Program-made: the position numbers and the translations under genes | Notes under the pieces: generated by a model | What the model was told of the DNA's origin: nothing | The model's database searches: none | What the model saw: only the letters and a program-made list of their open reading frames with translations | Shown here: in pieces, positions 50,882-61,748 of the stretch | Position numbering within the stretch: the first letter of the stretch is position 1 | How the letters are laid out: every line of letters begins with the position of its first letter | Source: Eledone cirrhosa | Taxonomy: Eukaryota | Assembly (NCBI GenBank): GCA_964016885.1 | Contig: OZ024760.1 | Coordinates: 9,734,001-9,798,000, forward strand | Reading direction: 5' to 3' | DNA length: 64,000 nucleotides

Positions 50882-51224
50882 GAGTAAAGACCCACTTCGG
50901 TCATGAACGACCATGGGATTTGCATCTAGAAAGTTCCCCTCCAAGTCACAAACCTGGCCAAGGTATGTTTGTGGAAGACCAACAGTTGCCCATACATACC
51001 AGTCTCCCCTCTCCACGCCACTGATGATGTCCAAGGGAAAGGTAATGACTGATACAGCTTGGCACCAGTGACGAGGCAACTCATATCTACAGCTGAGTGA
51101 ACTGGAGCAACGTGAAGTAAAGTGTCTTGGACAAGGGCACAATGCATCACCTGATCTGAGAATTGAACTCACAATCTCCTGATTGCAAGCTCAAAGCTCT
51201 AACCACTAAGCCATGCACTTTCAC
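50882..51224 (-). mobile_element. SINE with family B head and alternative 3' body
   Basis: Head 51090-51224 matches family B; different tail. Confidence 0.75.
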
Positions 51225-51521
51225 TATATACACTATACATTATATATCAATTTCAACTATATATTATACATTCATCATCATCATCGTTTAACGTCTAGCA
51301 TGGGTTTAGACGGGAATTGTCCCACTTGAGGCAAGATAGGTTGTCTCGCTCGTATGGGAGTGTCTGGCAGGTTTTCTACGGCTGGATGCCCTTCCTAACA
51401 CCAACCACGTTTACAGTGTGGACTGGGAGGTTTTTACCGTTATACCTACATCGCCACATTTACAGCGTGGACTGTGTGTTTTTTTTTTGTCGTGACACCT
51501 ACACAACCTCATTTATTTAGG

Positions 51522-51872
51522 ACATTATATATCAATTTGAACTATATATTATACATTATATATCGATTTGAACTATATATTAAACATTATATATCAATTT
51601 GAACTATATATTATACATTATATATCGATTTCAACTATATATTATACATTATATATCGATTTCAACTATATATTATACATTATATATCGATTTCAACTAT
51701 ATATTATACATTATATATCAATTTGAACTATATATTATACATTATATATTGATTTGAACTATATATTATACATTATATATCGATTTCAACCATATATTAT
51801 ACATTATATATCGATTTCAACTATATATTATACATTATATATCGATTTCAACTAAATATTATACATTATATA
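51522..51872. repeat. 31-bp AT-rich minisatellite
   Basis: ACATTATATATCGATTTCAACTATATATTAT; resumes after the LINE at about 52120. Confidence 0.9.
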
Positions 51873-52120
51873 GAGGAGACTGAGGTTGGCTGGACATGCT
51901 CACCGACATCCAGAGTTGACATTGCACTCAGTACTCCTTTGGGAGCCCCTACATGGACACACTAGAAGAGGAAGACCAAGGTTAACATATGTTGATGCCC
52001 TAAGGACAGACACTGGTCTGTTGGAGACGCAGGACATGGCAGCGATAATGAGGGACAGAGACCGCTGGAGAGAACTCGTCCATGGATCTCGGGAATTTTA
52101 CCCGCCTTAGATAGATAGAT
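51872..52120 (+). mobile_element. RTE-like LINE 3' end
   Basis: RRLRLAGHAHRHPE..LWEPLHGHTRRGRPRLTYVD..DRDRWRELV; (AGAT)n tail; same family as 41009-41605. Confidence 0.88.
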
Positions 52121-52223
52121 ATATCGATTTTAACTATATATTATCAACTATATATTTCAACTATATATTATACATTATATATCAATTTCAACTATATACT
52201 ATATATTATATATATTATACATT

Positions 52224-52390
52224 CAGTGCCAGATTTACTATTGTGCCTAGGTGTGCTTAAGCACAGGGTCCCTTTGGCCAGGGGAACCCATCTTCTTGCC
52301 CCCCAACATTTTTTACCTTTTTCAGGGCCAAAGTAAGGGGCCTTATAACTTAACTAGCACAAGGCCTGATTTGTCCTAAATCCAGCACTG
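52224..52390. mobile_element. MITE
   Basis: TIRs CAGTGCCAGATTTA / TAAATCCAGCACTG. Confidence 0.65.
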
Positions 52391-52615
52391 TATACTGTAT
52401 ACATTATACATCAATTATCAACTATACACTATACATTATATATACACTATATATTACACATTATATATACACTCACTATATATTACACATTATATATCAG
52501 CAGAACATTTATTCAATATCACTTTATTATAAATGTAACACAGTTTCATCCTTTATATAGATTGTATCAGTAATTTCATTATAAACACATTATCTCCCAC
52601 TATACACACATGTGG

Positions 52616-53342
52616 AGGCCAGTGGAGTGGCAGTATCGGTAGAGGGTCGGACGCCATGCTTTGCAGCATAGAGTTACGGCCCTTTATGATCTGAGTTCAA
52701 ATCCCGTGACTGAAACAAGTGAAAGAAGGTGGGGCCCCAGCATGACCACAGTCTAATGACTGAAACAAGTGAAAGAAGGTGGGGCCCCAGCATGACCACA
52801 GTCTAATTACTGAAACCAGGGAAAGAATGTGGTGCCCCAGCATGGCCACAGTCTAATTACTGAAACCAGGGAAAGAATGTGGTGCCCCAGCATGACCACA
52901 GTCTAATTACTGAAACCAGTAAAAGAATGTGGTGCCCCAGCATGGCCACAGTCTAATTACTGAAACCAGTAAAAGAATGTGGTGCCCCAGCATGGCCACA
53001 GTCTAATTACAGAAACTACTAAAAGAAGGTGGTGCCCCAGCATGGCCAGAGACTAATAACTGAAACTACTAAAAGAAGGTGGTGCCCCAGTATGGCCAGA
53101 GACTAATAACTGAAACTACTAAAAGAAGGTGGTGCCCCAGCATGGCCAGAGACTAATAACTGAAACTACTAAAAGAAGGTGGTGCCCCAGCATGGCCACA
53201 GTCTAATTACTGAAACTAGAAAAAGAATGTGGTGCTCCAGCATGGTCACAGTCTAATGATTGAAACCAGTAAAAGACAGTGCCCCAGCATGGCCACAGTC
53301 TAATTACTGAAACCAGTAAAAGACAGTGCCCCAGCATGACCA
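52616..53342 (+). mobile_element. SINE family A head followed by about 13 x 50-bp tandem units of a SINE tail
   Basis: CATG(A/G)CCA every 50 bp from 52741; a monomer of the same tail lies on minus at about 14985-15040. Confidence 0.85.
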
Positions 53343-53596
53343 GTATCGTTTTAACCTTTGTCCTCTGCATGTGTGTATATGTGTGTGTACGTGAGAGAGA
53401 GAGAAAGAACTAGAGAAAGAGACGGAGAAATAGAGAGAGAGAGAGGGGGGCGACGACGACGATTACTACTACCACCACCACCACCATCACTTCACTACAT
53501 CCACCACCACCACCACTATCATCACTACATCCACCACCACCACCACTATCATCACTATAGCGCCACCACCGCCGCCGCCGCCACCACTGCTGCCAT

Positions 53597-53651
53597 CAGT
53601 CGATAGTTACAACCGAAGTTATCTCCCTTATATACACATACCAAAGATGGC
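53597..53651 (+). promoter_or_regulatory. Putative promoter/5' leader of the HINT3-like gene
   Basis: DRE-like TCGATA 53600-53605, AGTTATCTCCCTT 53617-53629, YY1-like AAGATGGC over the ATG. Confidence 0.55.
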
Positions 53652-53751
53652 AGACATAGAAACGAAATCATCTGGTGGCAATGTTCCGCCGAAATGCGTC
53701 TTTTGTGACATTTGTTCGGGACGTACAGACAAGGAGAAAGTTTTATACGAG
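53647..53751 (+). CDS. HINT3: First coding exon of a histidine-triad nucleotide-binding protein (HINT3-like); remaining exons not found in window
   Basis: AAGATGG Kozak; MADIETKSSGGNVPPKCVFCDICSGRTDKEKVLYE with HIT N-terminal CxFCxI motif; GAG|GTAAGT phase-0 donor at the position where, from memory, vertebrate HINT3 exon 1 ends. Confidence 0.7.
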
Positions 53752-53898
53752 GTAAGTAACTTTAAACTGGGAGTCAAACCCACAACTTTTGTTTCTAGTC
53801 CTTCTAGTCCCCTATTTTGTTGTACTTTTGTTCTATGGCTTATTGTTGTCAAACATTGACAAATGGGAGCGAAGATCTCTCTCTCTGTCTCTCTCACA

Positions 53899-54022
<124 letters not shown>

Positions 54023-54049
54023 CTCTCTCTCTCTCTCTCTCTTATATAA

Positions 54050-56035
54050 TTATCTTGCGGCTGTTTATTTTGGTTCTCCGGACTCTGAATTTGAGGTGGA
54101 TTATCGGAATAGTCAGATCATCGGAGGGATGTAATGCCTTGCGGTGTTTGTTCCGGCTTTCTGCCCTCTCAATTCGAATCACGGTGGATTGTCAGATCAT
54201 CGGGGGGGGGGGGGGGGGGATGTAATGCCTTGCGGTGTTTGTTCCGGCTTTCTGTCTCCTGAATTCGAATCACGGTGGATTGTCAGATCATCGGAGGGGA
54301 TGTAATGCCTTGCGGTGTTTGTTCCGGCTTTCTGTCTCCTGAATTCGAATCACGGTGGATTATCAGATCATCGGAGGGGATGTAATGCCTTGCGGTGTTT
54401 GTTCCGGCTTTCTGTCTCCTGAATTCGAATCACGGTGGATTGTCCGATCATCGGAGGGGATGTAATGCCTTGCGGTGTTTGTTCCGGCTTTCTGTCTCCT
54501 GAATTCGAATCACTGTGGATTGTCCGATCATCGGAGGGGATGTAATGCCTTGCGGTGTTTGTTCCGGCTTTCTGCCCTCTCAATTCGAATCACGGTGGAT
54601 TGTCAGATCATCGGAGGGGATGTAATGCCTTGCGGTGTTTGTTCCGGCTTTCTGTCTCCTGAATTCGAATCACGGTGGATTGTCAGATCATCAGAGGGGA
54701 TGTAATGCCTTGCGGTGTTTGTTCCGGCTTTCTGTCTCCTGAATTCGAATCACGGTGGATTGTCGGATCATCGGAGGGGATGTAATGCCTTGCGGTGTTT
54801 GTTCCGGCTTTCTGTCTCCTGAATTCGAATCACGGTGGATTGTCAGATCATCGAAGGGGATGTAATGCCTTGCGGTGTTTGTTGCGGCTTTCTGCCCTCT
54901 GAATTCGAATCACGGTGGATTGTCAGATCATCGGAGGGGATGTAATGCCTTGCGGTGTTTGTTCCGGCTTTCTGCCCTCTGAATTCGAATCACGGTGGAT
55001 TGTCAGATCATCGGAGGGGATGTAATGCCTTGCGGTGTTTGTTGCGGCTTTCTGCCCTCTGAATTCGAATCACGGTGGATTGTCAGATCATCGGAGGGGA
55101 TGTAATGCCTTGCGGTGTTTGTTCCGGCTTTCTGCCCTCTGAATTCGAATCACGGTGGATTGTCAGATCATCGGAGGGGATGTAATGCCTTGCGGTGTTT
55201 GTTCCGGCTTTCTGTCTCCTGAATTCGAATCACGGTGGATTGTCAGATCATCGGAGGGGATGTAATGCCTTGCGGTGTTTGTTCCGGCTTTCTGTCTCCT
55301 GAATTCGAATCACGGTGGATTGTCGGATCATCGGAGGGGATGTAATGCCTTGCGGTGTTTGTTCCGGCTTTCTGTCTCCTGAATTCGAATCACGGTGGAT
55401 TGTCGGATCATCGGAGGGGATGTAATGCCTTGCGGTGTTTGTTCCGGCTTTCTGTCTCCTGAATTCGAATCACGGTGGATTGTCAGATCATCGGAGGGGA
55501 TGTAATGCCTTGCGGTGTTTGTTCCGGCTTTCTGTCTCCTGAATTCGAATCACGGTGGATTGTCGGATCATCGAAGGGGATGTAATGCCTTGCGGTGTTT
55601 GTTCCGGCTTTCTGCCCTCTGAATTCGAATCACGGTGGATTGTCAGATCATCGGAGGGGATGTAATGCCTTGCGGTGTTTGTTCCGGCTTTCTGTCTCCT
55701 GAATTCGAATCACGGTGGATTGTCGGATCATCGGAGGGGATGTAATGCCTTGCGGTGTTTGTTCCGGCTTTCTGTCTCCTGAATTCGAATCACGGTGGAT
55801 TGTCGGATCATCGAAGGGGATGTAATGCCTTGCGGTGTTTGTTCCGGCTTTCTGCCCTCTCAATTCGAATCACGGTGGATTGTCGGATCATCGGAGGGGA
55901 TGTAATGCCTTGCGGTGTTTGTTCCGGCTTTCTGCCATCTGAATTCTAATCACGGTGGATTGTCAGATCATCGGAGGGGATGTAATGCCTTGCGGTGTTT
56001 GTTCCGGCTTTCTGTCCCCTAGATTCTAATCCCGG
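54050..56035 (+). repeat. 80-bp CpG-rich satellite (about 24 units) resembling a SINE tRNA head
   Basis: GTTCCGGCTT at 54241, 54321, 54401...; unit has ATGCCTTGCGGTGTTTGTTCCGGCT..CTGAATTCGAATC. Confidence 0.92.
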
Positions 56036-56207
56036 TGGGTTGGCTGGGTTGTTAGATCGTTTGAGTGGGTGCCTTGCAGTATTATCTGTCCCAGCTCTTT
56101 GTATATATATAAATAAAGTAATTCCGTCGGAAAGGTACAGGAAAAAAGAGTGCTCTATGTAGGTTACAGAGCTTATTAGTTATGTAATAAACAACATAAG
56201 ATAATCA

Positions 56208-56267
56208 TTTCATTTACCAGTGGTTTCTTGAAAGCAAATAAATCTGCTTTCAGTCGTCGGAATGAAA
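56208..56267 (-). ncRNA. Hammerhead mirror copy with core variant CCGACGA
   Basis: TTTCATT-CCGACGA-CTGAAAGCAGAT..TTGCTTTCAA-GAAA-CCACTGG-TA-AATGAAA. Confidence 0.65.
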
Positions 56268-56287
56268 AAAACAGAACACCATGTTTT

Positions 56288-56344
56288 TTTCATTCTGACG
56301 ACTGAAAGATTTATTTGCTTTCAAGAAACCACTGGTAAATGAAA
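56288..56344 (+). ncRNA. Type I hammerhead ribozyme
   Basis: TTTCATT-CTGACGA-cTGAAAG-loop-CTTTCAa-GAAA-CCACTGG-TA-AATGAAA; GUA triplet. Confidence 0.85.
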
Positions 56345-56369
56345 TAATTATTTTATGTTGTTTATTACA

Positions 56370-56411
<42 letters not shown>

Positions 56412-57460
56412 CATATATATATATATATTTTGTATATTTTGTGTTAGTTAATCTTATTAGTTATTGAACAACTGAGACAAGTGCCACTCCTTGACAGAAT
56501 GTACATGTAGCTTTGTGTACTTTGGAGTAGTGTTTATTGTTATCTATGTATGTATGTATGTATGTATGTATGTATGTATGTATGTATGTGTGTGTATGTG
56601 TGTATGTATGTATGTATGTGTGTATGTGTGTATGTATGTGTGTATGTATGTACATATCCATGTATGTCAGGTCACCAGTTGGTGCTACTGGTAACATGTA
56701 TCCCAGTACAACCCGTCCCATGGTCGGGTCGTTGGCGACTAAACTGGCAACCCCGCCAAGGTTTCTTGGTGAGGAGGGTGACTAAAAACAGGACTAAAAA
56801 CAGGACTAAAAACAAAACCTGTCAAAGGGCAAAGGAGCTCTTAAGAGTCAATGGCCATCCAAAATCACCAGGAGAGATGACCCCTTAGCCTTTGTCAAGG
56901 CAGAATTCTAGGAGAAGGAAAACTCTGATATAACACCTGCAACCCTGATGGTATCCAATGATGTTGACTTGTTCTTCTTTTTGGTAAATATCATCTTGGT
57001 TAAGAGAGTGGGACTGGCTTTGTGCAGTGCCTTTGCTCACTATAAAAGCTTCACGGCACAGGCATTGCTTTATATCTGGAGATCTCTCTGCACTTGTCGT
57101 CACATGGTACCATGGGCCCAGCACTATGTGTCAGTAATTGTCACAAGTGTAGTGTTTGTACAAGAGTTTTCAAGTCGCTGGCTGGACTAAAATGTCACAC
57201 TCGTTCAGCGCATCGGTAGGGGTTCTCCTACATGGATATAAAGTAGTGACCGTACTCGAAAACGAGTTGGCAGCCACCATGTGAATATGTATGTATGTAT
57301 GTATGTGTGTGTGGATGTATGTATGTATGTGTGGATGTATGTATGTATGTGTGTGTGGATGTATGTATGTATGGATGTATGTGTGTATGTATGGACGTGT
57401 GTATGGATGCATGAGCATGTATGTGTGTATGTATGCATGGATGTATGTATGTGTGTATGT

Positions 57461-57884
57461 GAAGGCGAGTAGTTTTGTAGTTAGGGAATTTGGCTGACAA
57501 TCGTAAGGTTGTGAGTTCGATTCCTGGCAGTGTGCTGTCTCCTTGAGCAAGACATTTTATTTCATGTTGCTCCAGTCCACTCAGCTGGCAAAAATGAGTT
57601 GTACCTGTGCTGAATAAGACCTGTCCAACCCTTGCAAGCAGGGAAGAGCGGACGTAAAATGATGATGATGATGATGATGATATATGGCTTGATTTCTACA
57701 GCTGGATGCTCTTCCTAACACCAACCTCATTTACAGTGAGTGGTGGGTGCTTTTTTGCCATGGCACTTCCACGACCACTTTGCAGTGGAATGATAGGGAC
57801 TGGGGTCCCTATCATCTCATTTCTACAGCTGAGTAAACTGGAGTAATGTGAAATAAAGTGTCTTGCTCAAGGAAACAACACATC
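57461..57884. mobile_element. Two family-B-related SINE pieces, tail to tail
   Basis: 57461-57680 (+, internally deleted) and 57684-57884 (-). Confidence 0.8.
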
Positions 57885-57893
57885 AACAATATG

Positions 57894-57933
<40 letters not shown>

Positions 57934-58126
57934 TGTATATATAGTTATACTATTAAGCTGTGTTACCTACATAGAGCACTCTTTTTTCCTGGACTTTTCC
58001 GACGGAATTACTTCATTTATATATATATATATATATATATATACGTTATTCCGGGTTGAATCGGAGGTAACCACAGTAAGTAAGGTACTCAATACATAGC
58101 AGAGTATAACAGTTTTAATATAGATG

Positions 58127-58177
58127 AGATTCTACAGGACTAGAACTGTTTCATTCATTAGAAATCATCAGGAATCA
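58127..58177 (-). ncRNA. Type I hammerhead ribozyme (mirror copy)
   Basis: Reverse complement of 58178-58227. Confidence 0.7.
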
Positions 58178-58227
58178 GATTCCTGATGATTTCTAATGAA
58201 TGAAACAGTTCTAGTCCTGTAGAATCT
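58177..58227 (+). ncRNA. Type I hammerhead ribozyme
   Basis: AGATTC-CTGATGA-tTTC-TAAT-GAAt-GAAA-CAG-loop-CTG-TA-GAATCT; weak stem II. Confidence 0.75.
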
Positions 58228-58239
58228 CATCTATATTAA

Positions 58240-58272
<33 letters not shown>

Positions 58273-58277
<5 letters not shown>

Positions 58278-58454
58278 TTCCACTGCAAAGTGGTTGTGGA
58301 GGTGCCACGGCAAAAAAGCACCCAGCACTCACTATAAATGAGGTTGGTGTTAGGAAGGGCATCCAGCTGTAGAAATCAAGCCAGAATCAGATCCCGTCCC
58401 ACCCTTGCAAGCAGGGAAAAGTGGACGTAAAATGAAATGAATGAAATGAAATGA
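58273..58454 (+). mobile_element. 5'-truncated SINE family B
   Basis: Body and tail match. Confidence 0.85.
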
Positions 58455-58978
58455 ATATATATATATATATATTGTATGTGTGTGTGTAATGATAGGTGTT
58501 AAAAAGTGCATCTGAGTTATATGCCAAAGACAGAGAGAGAGAGAGCCTCTACAAGATGTCTGACCTTGCTGGAAATAGCAGCCAAATCTCCTTCAGATCA
58601 TTAGATCATGTAGTTATTCATCCTATGCCTACCCTCCCCCAAAATAAGGTCATGATTCATGGTTGGAATACCCATGGTCTAAACAATACCTTAGATAGCT
58701 AGATGTATGGTGATGGTGGAGGTGTGAAGGATGAGTTCATTGTAAGAGCATTACCCTTAATCCCACTATCTTTTGCAGTTAATCCTGCTAGGGCAGGTCA
58801 GGTCAAAATATATGTGCTTGGAATATCTGTTAAATAGTCCGACCTCAGCTTATATACACCAAAGACTCCCTATATATATATATATATATGAAAAACAAGG
58901 GGAGAAAAATACTGCGTGGTTGCACATGGATTACATATAAAATTAGTCCCTCATCAGTGATTTGCCAACCATCATTGG

Positions 58979-59026
<48 letters not shown>

Positions 59027-59056
59027 AGATCAAAAGATGGTTAAAGGAGTTCCATG

Positions 59057-59127
59057 TATTTTATTATGCGCATTTCAAAAACAAACATCATCATGCAATA
59101 ATATTTGTGTTTTCATCAGATAAAACA
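59057..59127 (-). ncRNA. Type I hammerhead ribozyme
   Basis: Second copy of the 36543-36613 ribozyme within element about 59022-59187, (TA)n both sides. Confidence 0.82.
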
Positions 59128-59184
59128 GGAGAACATGATATGAAGGCTAAAAAACACTTGTGGATAGTGCAGTTTTAAATCAAC

Positions 59185-59218
<34 letters not shown>

Positions 59219-59220
<2 letters not shown>

Positions 59221-59521
59221 CACATGACTTAGTGGTTAGAGCATTGGCCTTGCAATCGAAAGGTTGAGCAAGACACTTTATTTCACATTGCTCCAGTCAG
59301 TTTACTCAGCTGTAGAAATGAGATGATAGGGACTGGGGTCCCTATCATTCCACTGCAAAGTGGTCGTGGAGGTGCCACGGCAAAAACGCACCCAGCACTC
59401 ACTGTAAATGAGGTTGGTGTTAGGAAGGGCATCCAGCTGTAGAAATCAAGCCAGAATCAGTTCCCGTCCCACCCTTGCAAGCAGGGAAAAAGCGGAAGTA
59501 AAATGAAATGAAATGAAATGA
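59219..59521 (+). mobile_element. SINE family B with B-box deletion
   Basis: Head jumps from AAGGTTG to AGCAAGAC. Confidence 0.85.
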
Positions 59522-60058
59522 TATATGTATTATATTTACCAGGGTTATAGGAACAATAAGAAATCTATTTTCCAAAGTCTGGCTGCTCTCAAGTTACTCT
59601 ACAATGGCTGGTTTGAGCGCATATGCAAGCTAACCATACTAGGAGTGGTGACAAAATATATATTTTAATGGAGCTGATACACTTCAAGATGTCCTGCAGT
59701 TAATTAGGTTTTTGCAAAAGCATTCTGCAGCAACAGGTGAAGTGTGCAATCCATTAGCGACAGTGGCAGGATAAGTGCAAATATGCCTGTCAAGTTAATG
59801 CAAAGTTTCCTCAGCAGATGGTGTTAAACTGCAATAAATATGTTGTCCAACCCATGCTAGCAGAGAGAGCAGACGTTAAATGTTGATGATGATATATTAT
59901 ATATACATATATATATATATATGTATATATATAATATATTCATTTAATCTGCCTAAGTAGTGAGCCTTACTCCAGAGTTTCACCTGCACACTTTGGTATT
60001 GAGTACTTTTTCTCATGTCTGTCAATAATACACATATATATAAGATATGCAATATATT

Positions 60059-60261
60059 ATCATCATTTTTACGTCTGCTTTTCCCTGCTTGCAAGGGTGG
60101 GACGGGAACTGATTCTGGCTTGATTTCTACAGCTGAATGCCCTTCCTAACACCAACCTCATTTACAGTGAGTGCTGGGTGCTTTTTTGCCGTGGCACCTC
60201 CACGACCACTTTGCAGTGGAATGATAGGGACCCCAGTCCCTATCATCTCATTTCTACAGCT
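60059..60261 (-). mobile_element. 5'-truncated SINE family B
   Basis: Body and tail match. Confidence 0.85.
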
Positions 60262-60402
60262 ATATATATATATGTCGGCCTGCCCGCCCGCCCAGCCAGT
60301 GGGATGGCGTCATCGTATGGCTAAAACAACACGCAGTGCTGTGGCCAGCAGCACCGAATGGACGCCCGACAGACTGGTCAGTCAAGGTGATATATATATA
60401 TG

Positions 60403-60955
60403 TATAAGGCGGTATCAAAATGTTTCCGGACTAGTTCTGTAGCGCGCCATCAGAAGGCAACACAGAGTTGCACATGTAGTGAGAGTTAGCAGTGACCTTT
60501 ATGTGACAGTGTGACATTGTGACATTGTTGTCTTCACTTGGCAAGTTGTGAAATTTTGTGTTTTTTGTGATTACGTGTGTCCTGTAGCCTGTGATTTTGT
60601 CATGATCAGGAAGCTGGAACAAAGAGCCACTGTGAAATTTTGCATTCAACTTTGGAGGAGGTCGGCTCCAGAGACATTGTGCGGGCTTTGACAATCTTAT
60701 GGGGATGAGGAAATGGGTTGTGTGTGCAATGTTTTGAGTACTTCAAAAGCAGAAGAACATCCCCTAGAAGATGAGTGATCTGTAAAACCTGCCACGAGCA
60801 TCAACCCTGGAAATGTGGAGAAAATTAATTGAGAGTTCTGCTGCAATATTTTGAGGAGTTTGAGGGAGGACATTCAGCAAAGGCGACCGAATCTGTTGAA
60901 GATGAAGAATTGAATTCTTCACAACAGCAATGCATCCTGTTACTGAGCTCTCCAT
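60403..60955 (+). mobile_element. Decayed mariner element
   Basis: TA-TAAGGCGGTATCAAAATGTTTCCGGACT TIR-like end; LEQRATVKFCIQLWRRSAPETL..YGDE..FKSRRTSLEDE. Confidence 0.75.
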
Positions 60956-60963
60956 GATGATGA

Positions 60964-61035
<72 letters not shown>

Positions 61036-61392
61036 TCCATCAACTTATATTGAATTGCACATCCTTATGCAGTTGTCATCCTTCCCACATCCACACACAC
61101 ACACACATCCTCACACACACATCCTCACACACACATCCACACACACACATCCACATACACACATCCACACACACATATCCACACACACATACCCACACAC
61201 ACATCCACCCACTCACAAGATACTATATGACTAACACAGAGTGTGTATTGTAAAGTGAAGTGTCATTAATCAGCACTCCCAGCCTGTCTCTTTATAAAGG
61301 TGTCTTTTGTCCCATCCTAATCCTGCTTTCAACTTATCACTGACAAATGAATGTTCCTGTAACAGAGTTATGAGAGCAAGTTAATTGTTTCC

Positions 61393-61615
61393 CATCCTTG
61401 TACTCTAAAGCTCTGTCAAGGACATCTTTGTTTTTCATCCTTGTACTCTAGAGCTCCGTCAAGGACATCTTTGTTTTTCATCCTTGTACTCTAAAGCTCC
61501 GTCAAAGACATCTTTGTTTTTCATCCTTGTACTCTAAAGCTCTGTCAAGGACATCTTTGTTTTTCATCCTTGTACTCTAAAGCTCCGTCAAAGACATCTT
61601 TGTTTTTCATCCTTT
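61393..61615. repeat. 43-bp minisatellite (5 units)
   Basis: CATCCTTGTACTCTAAAGCTCTGTCAAGGACATCTTTGTTTTT. Confidence 0.92.
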
Positions 61616-61748
61616 ACTGTGCTCTACTTGATGGGGGTAGAGGAGTAAACTTAATCTTTCCTTCTGTTTAATAACACATCATCTGTTCCCCTCTGTGTCA
61701 ACTGTAGAGTCCACTCTGTTGTCCAGTGTAACACCACCACCTTTAAGC

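Larger units (their letters stand above)
56110..56375. mobile_element. Fold-back hammerhead element in (TA)n
   Basis: Arms about 56177-56273 / 56282-56375; a separate 3'-end-only copy at about 57930-58018. Confidence 0.8.
58043..58243. mobile_element. Fold-back hammerhead element in (TA)n
   Basis: Perfect 66-bp arms 58111-58176 / 58178-58243 with a 1-nt spacer. Confidence 0.82.

Noticed and set aside
51018-51050. CTGATGA...GAAA in a SINE body
   Set aside because: No pairing for stem II or stem I, so it is a chance match
56650-57285. Possible decayed LINE 5' region or ORF fragment
   Set aside because: It looks retroelement-derived but no motif could be read with confidence
58889-58985. (TA)n-embedded insert with CTGATGAGGGACT on minus
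   Set aside because: GAAA half is absent; probably a deleted family member, not called as a ribozyme
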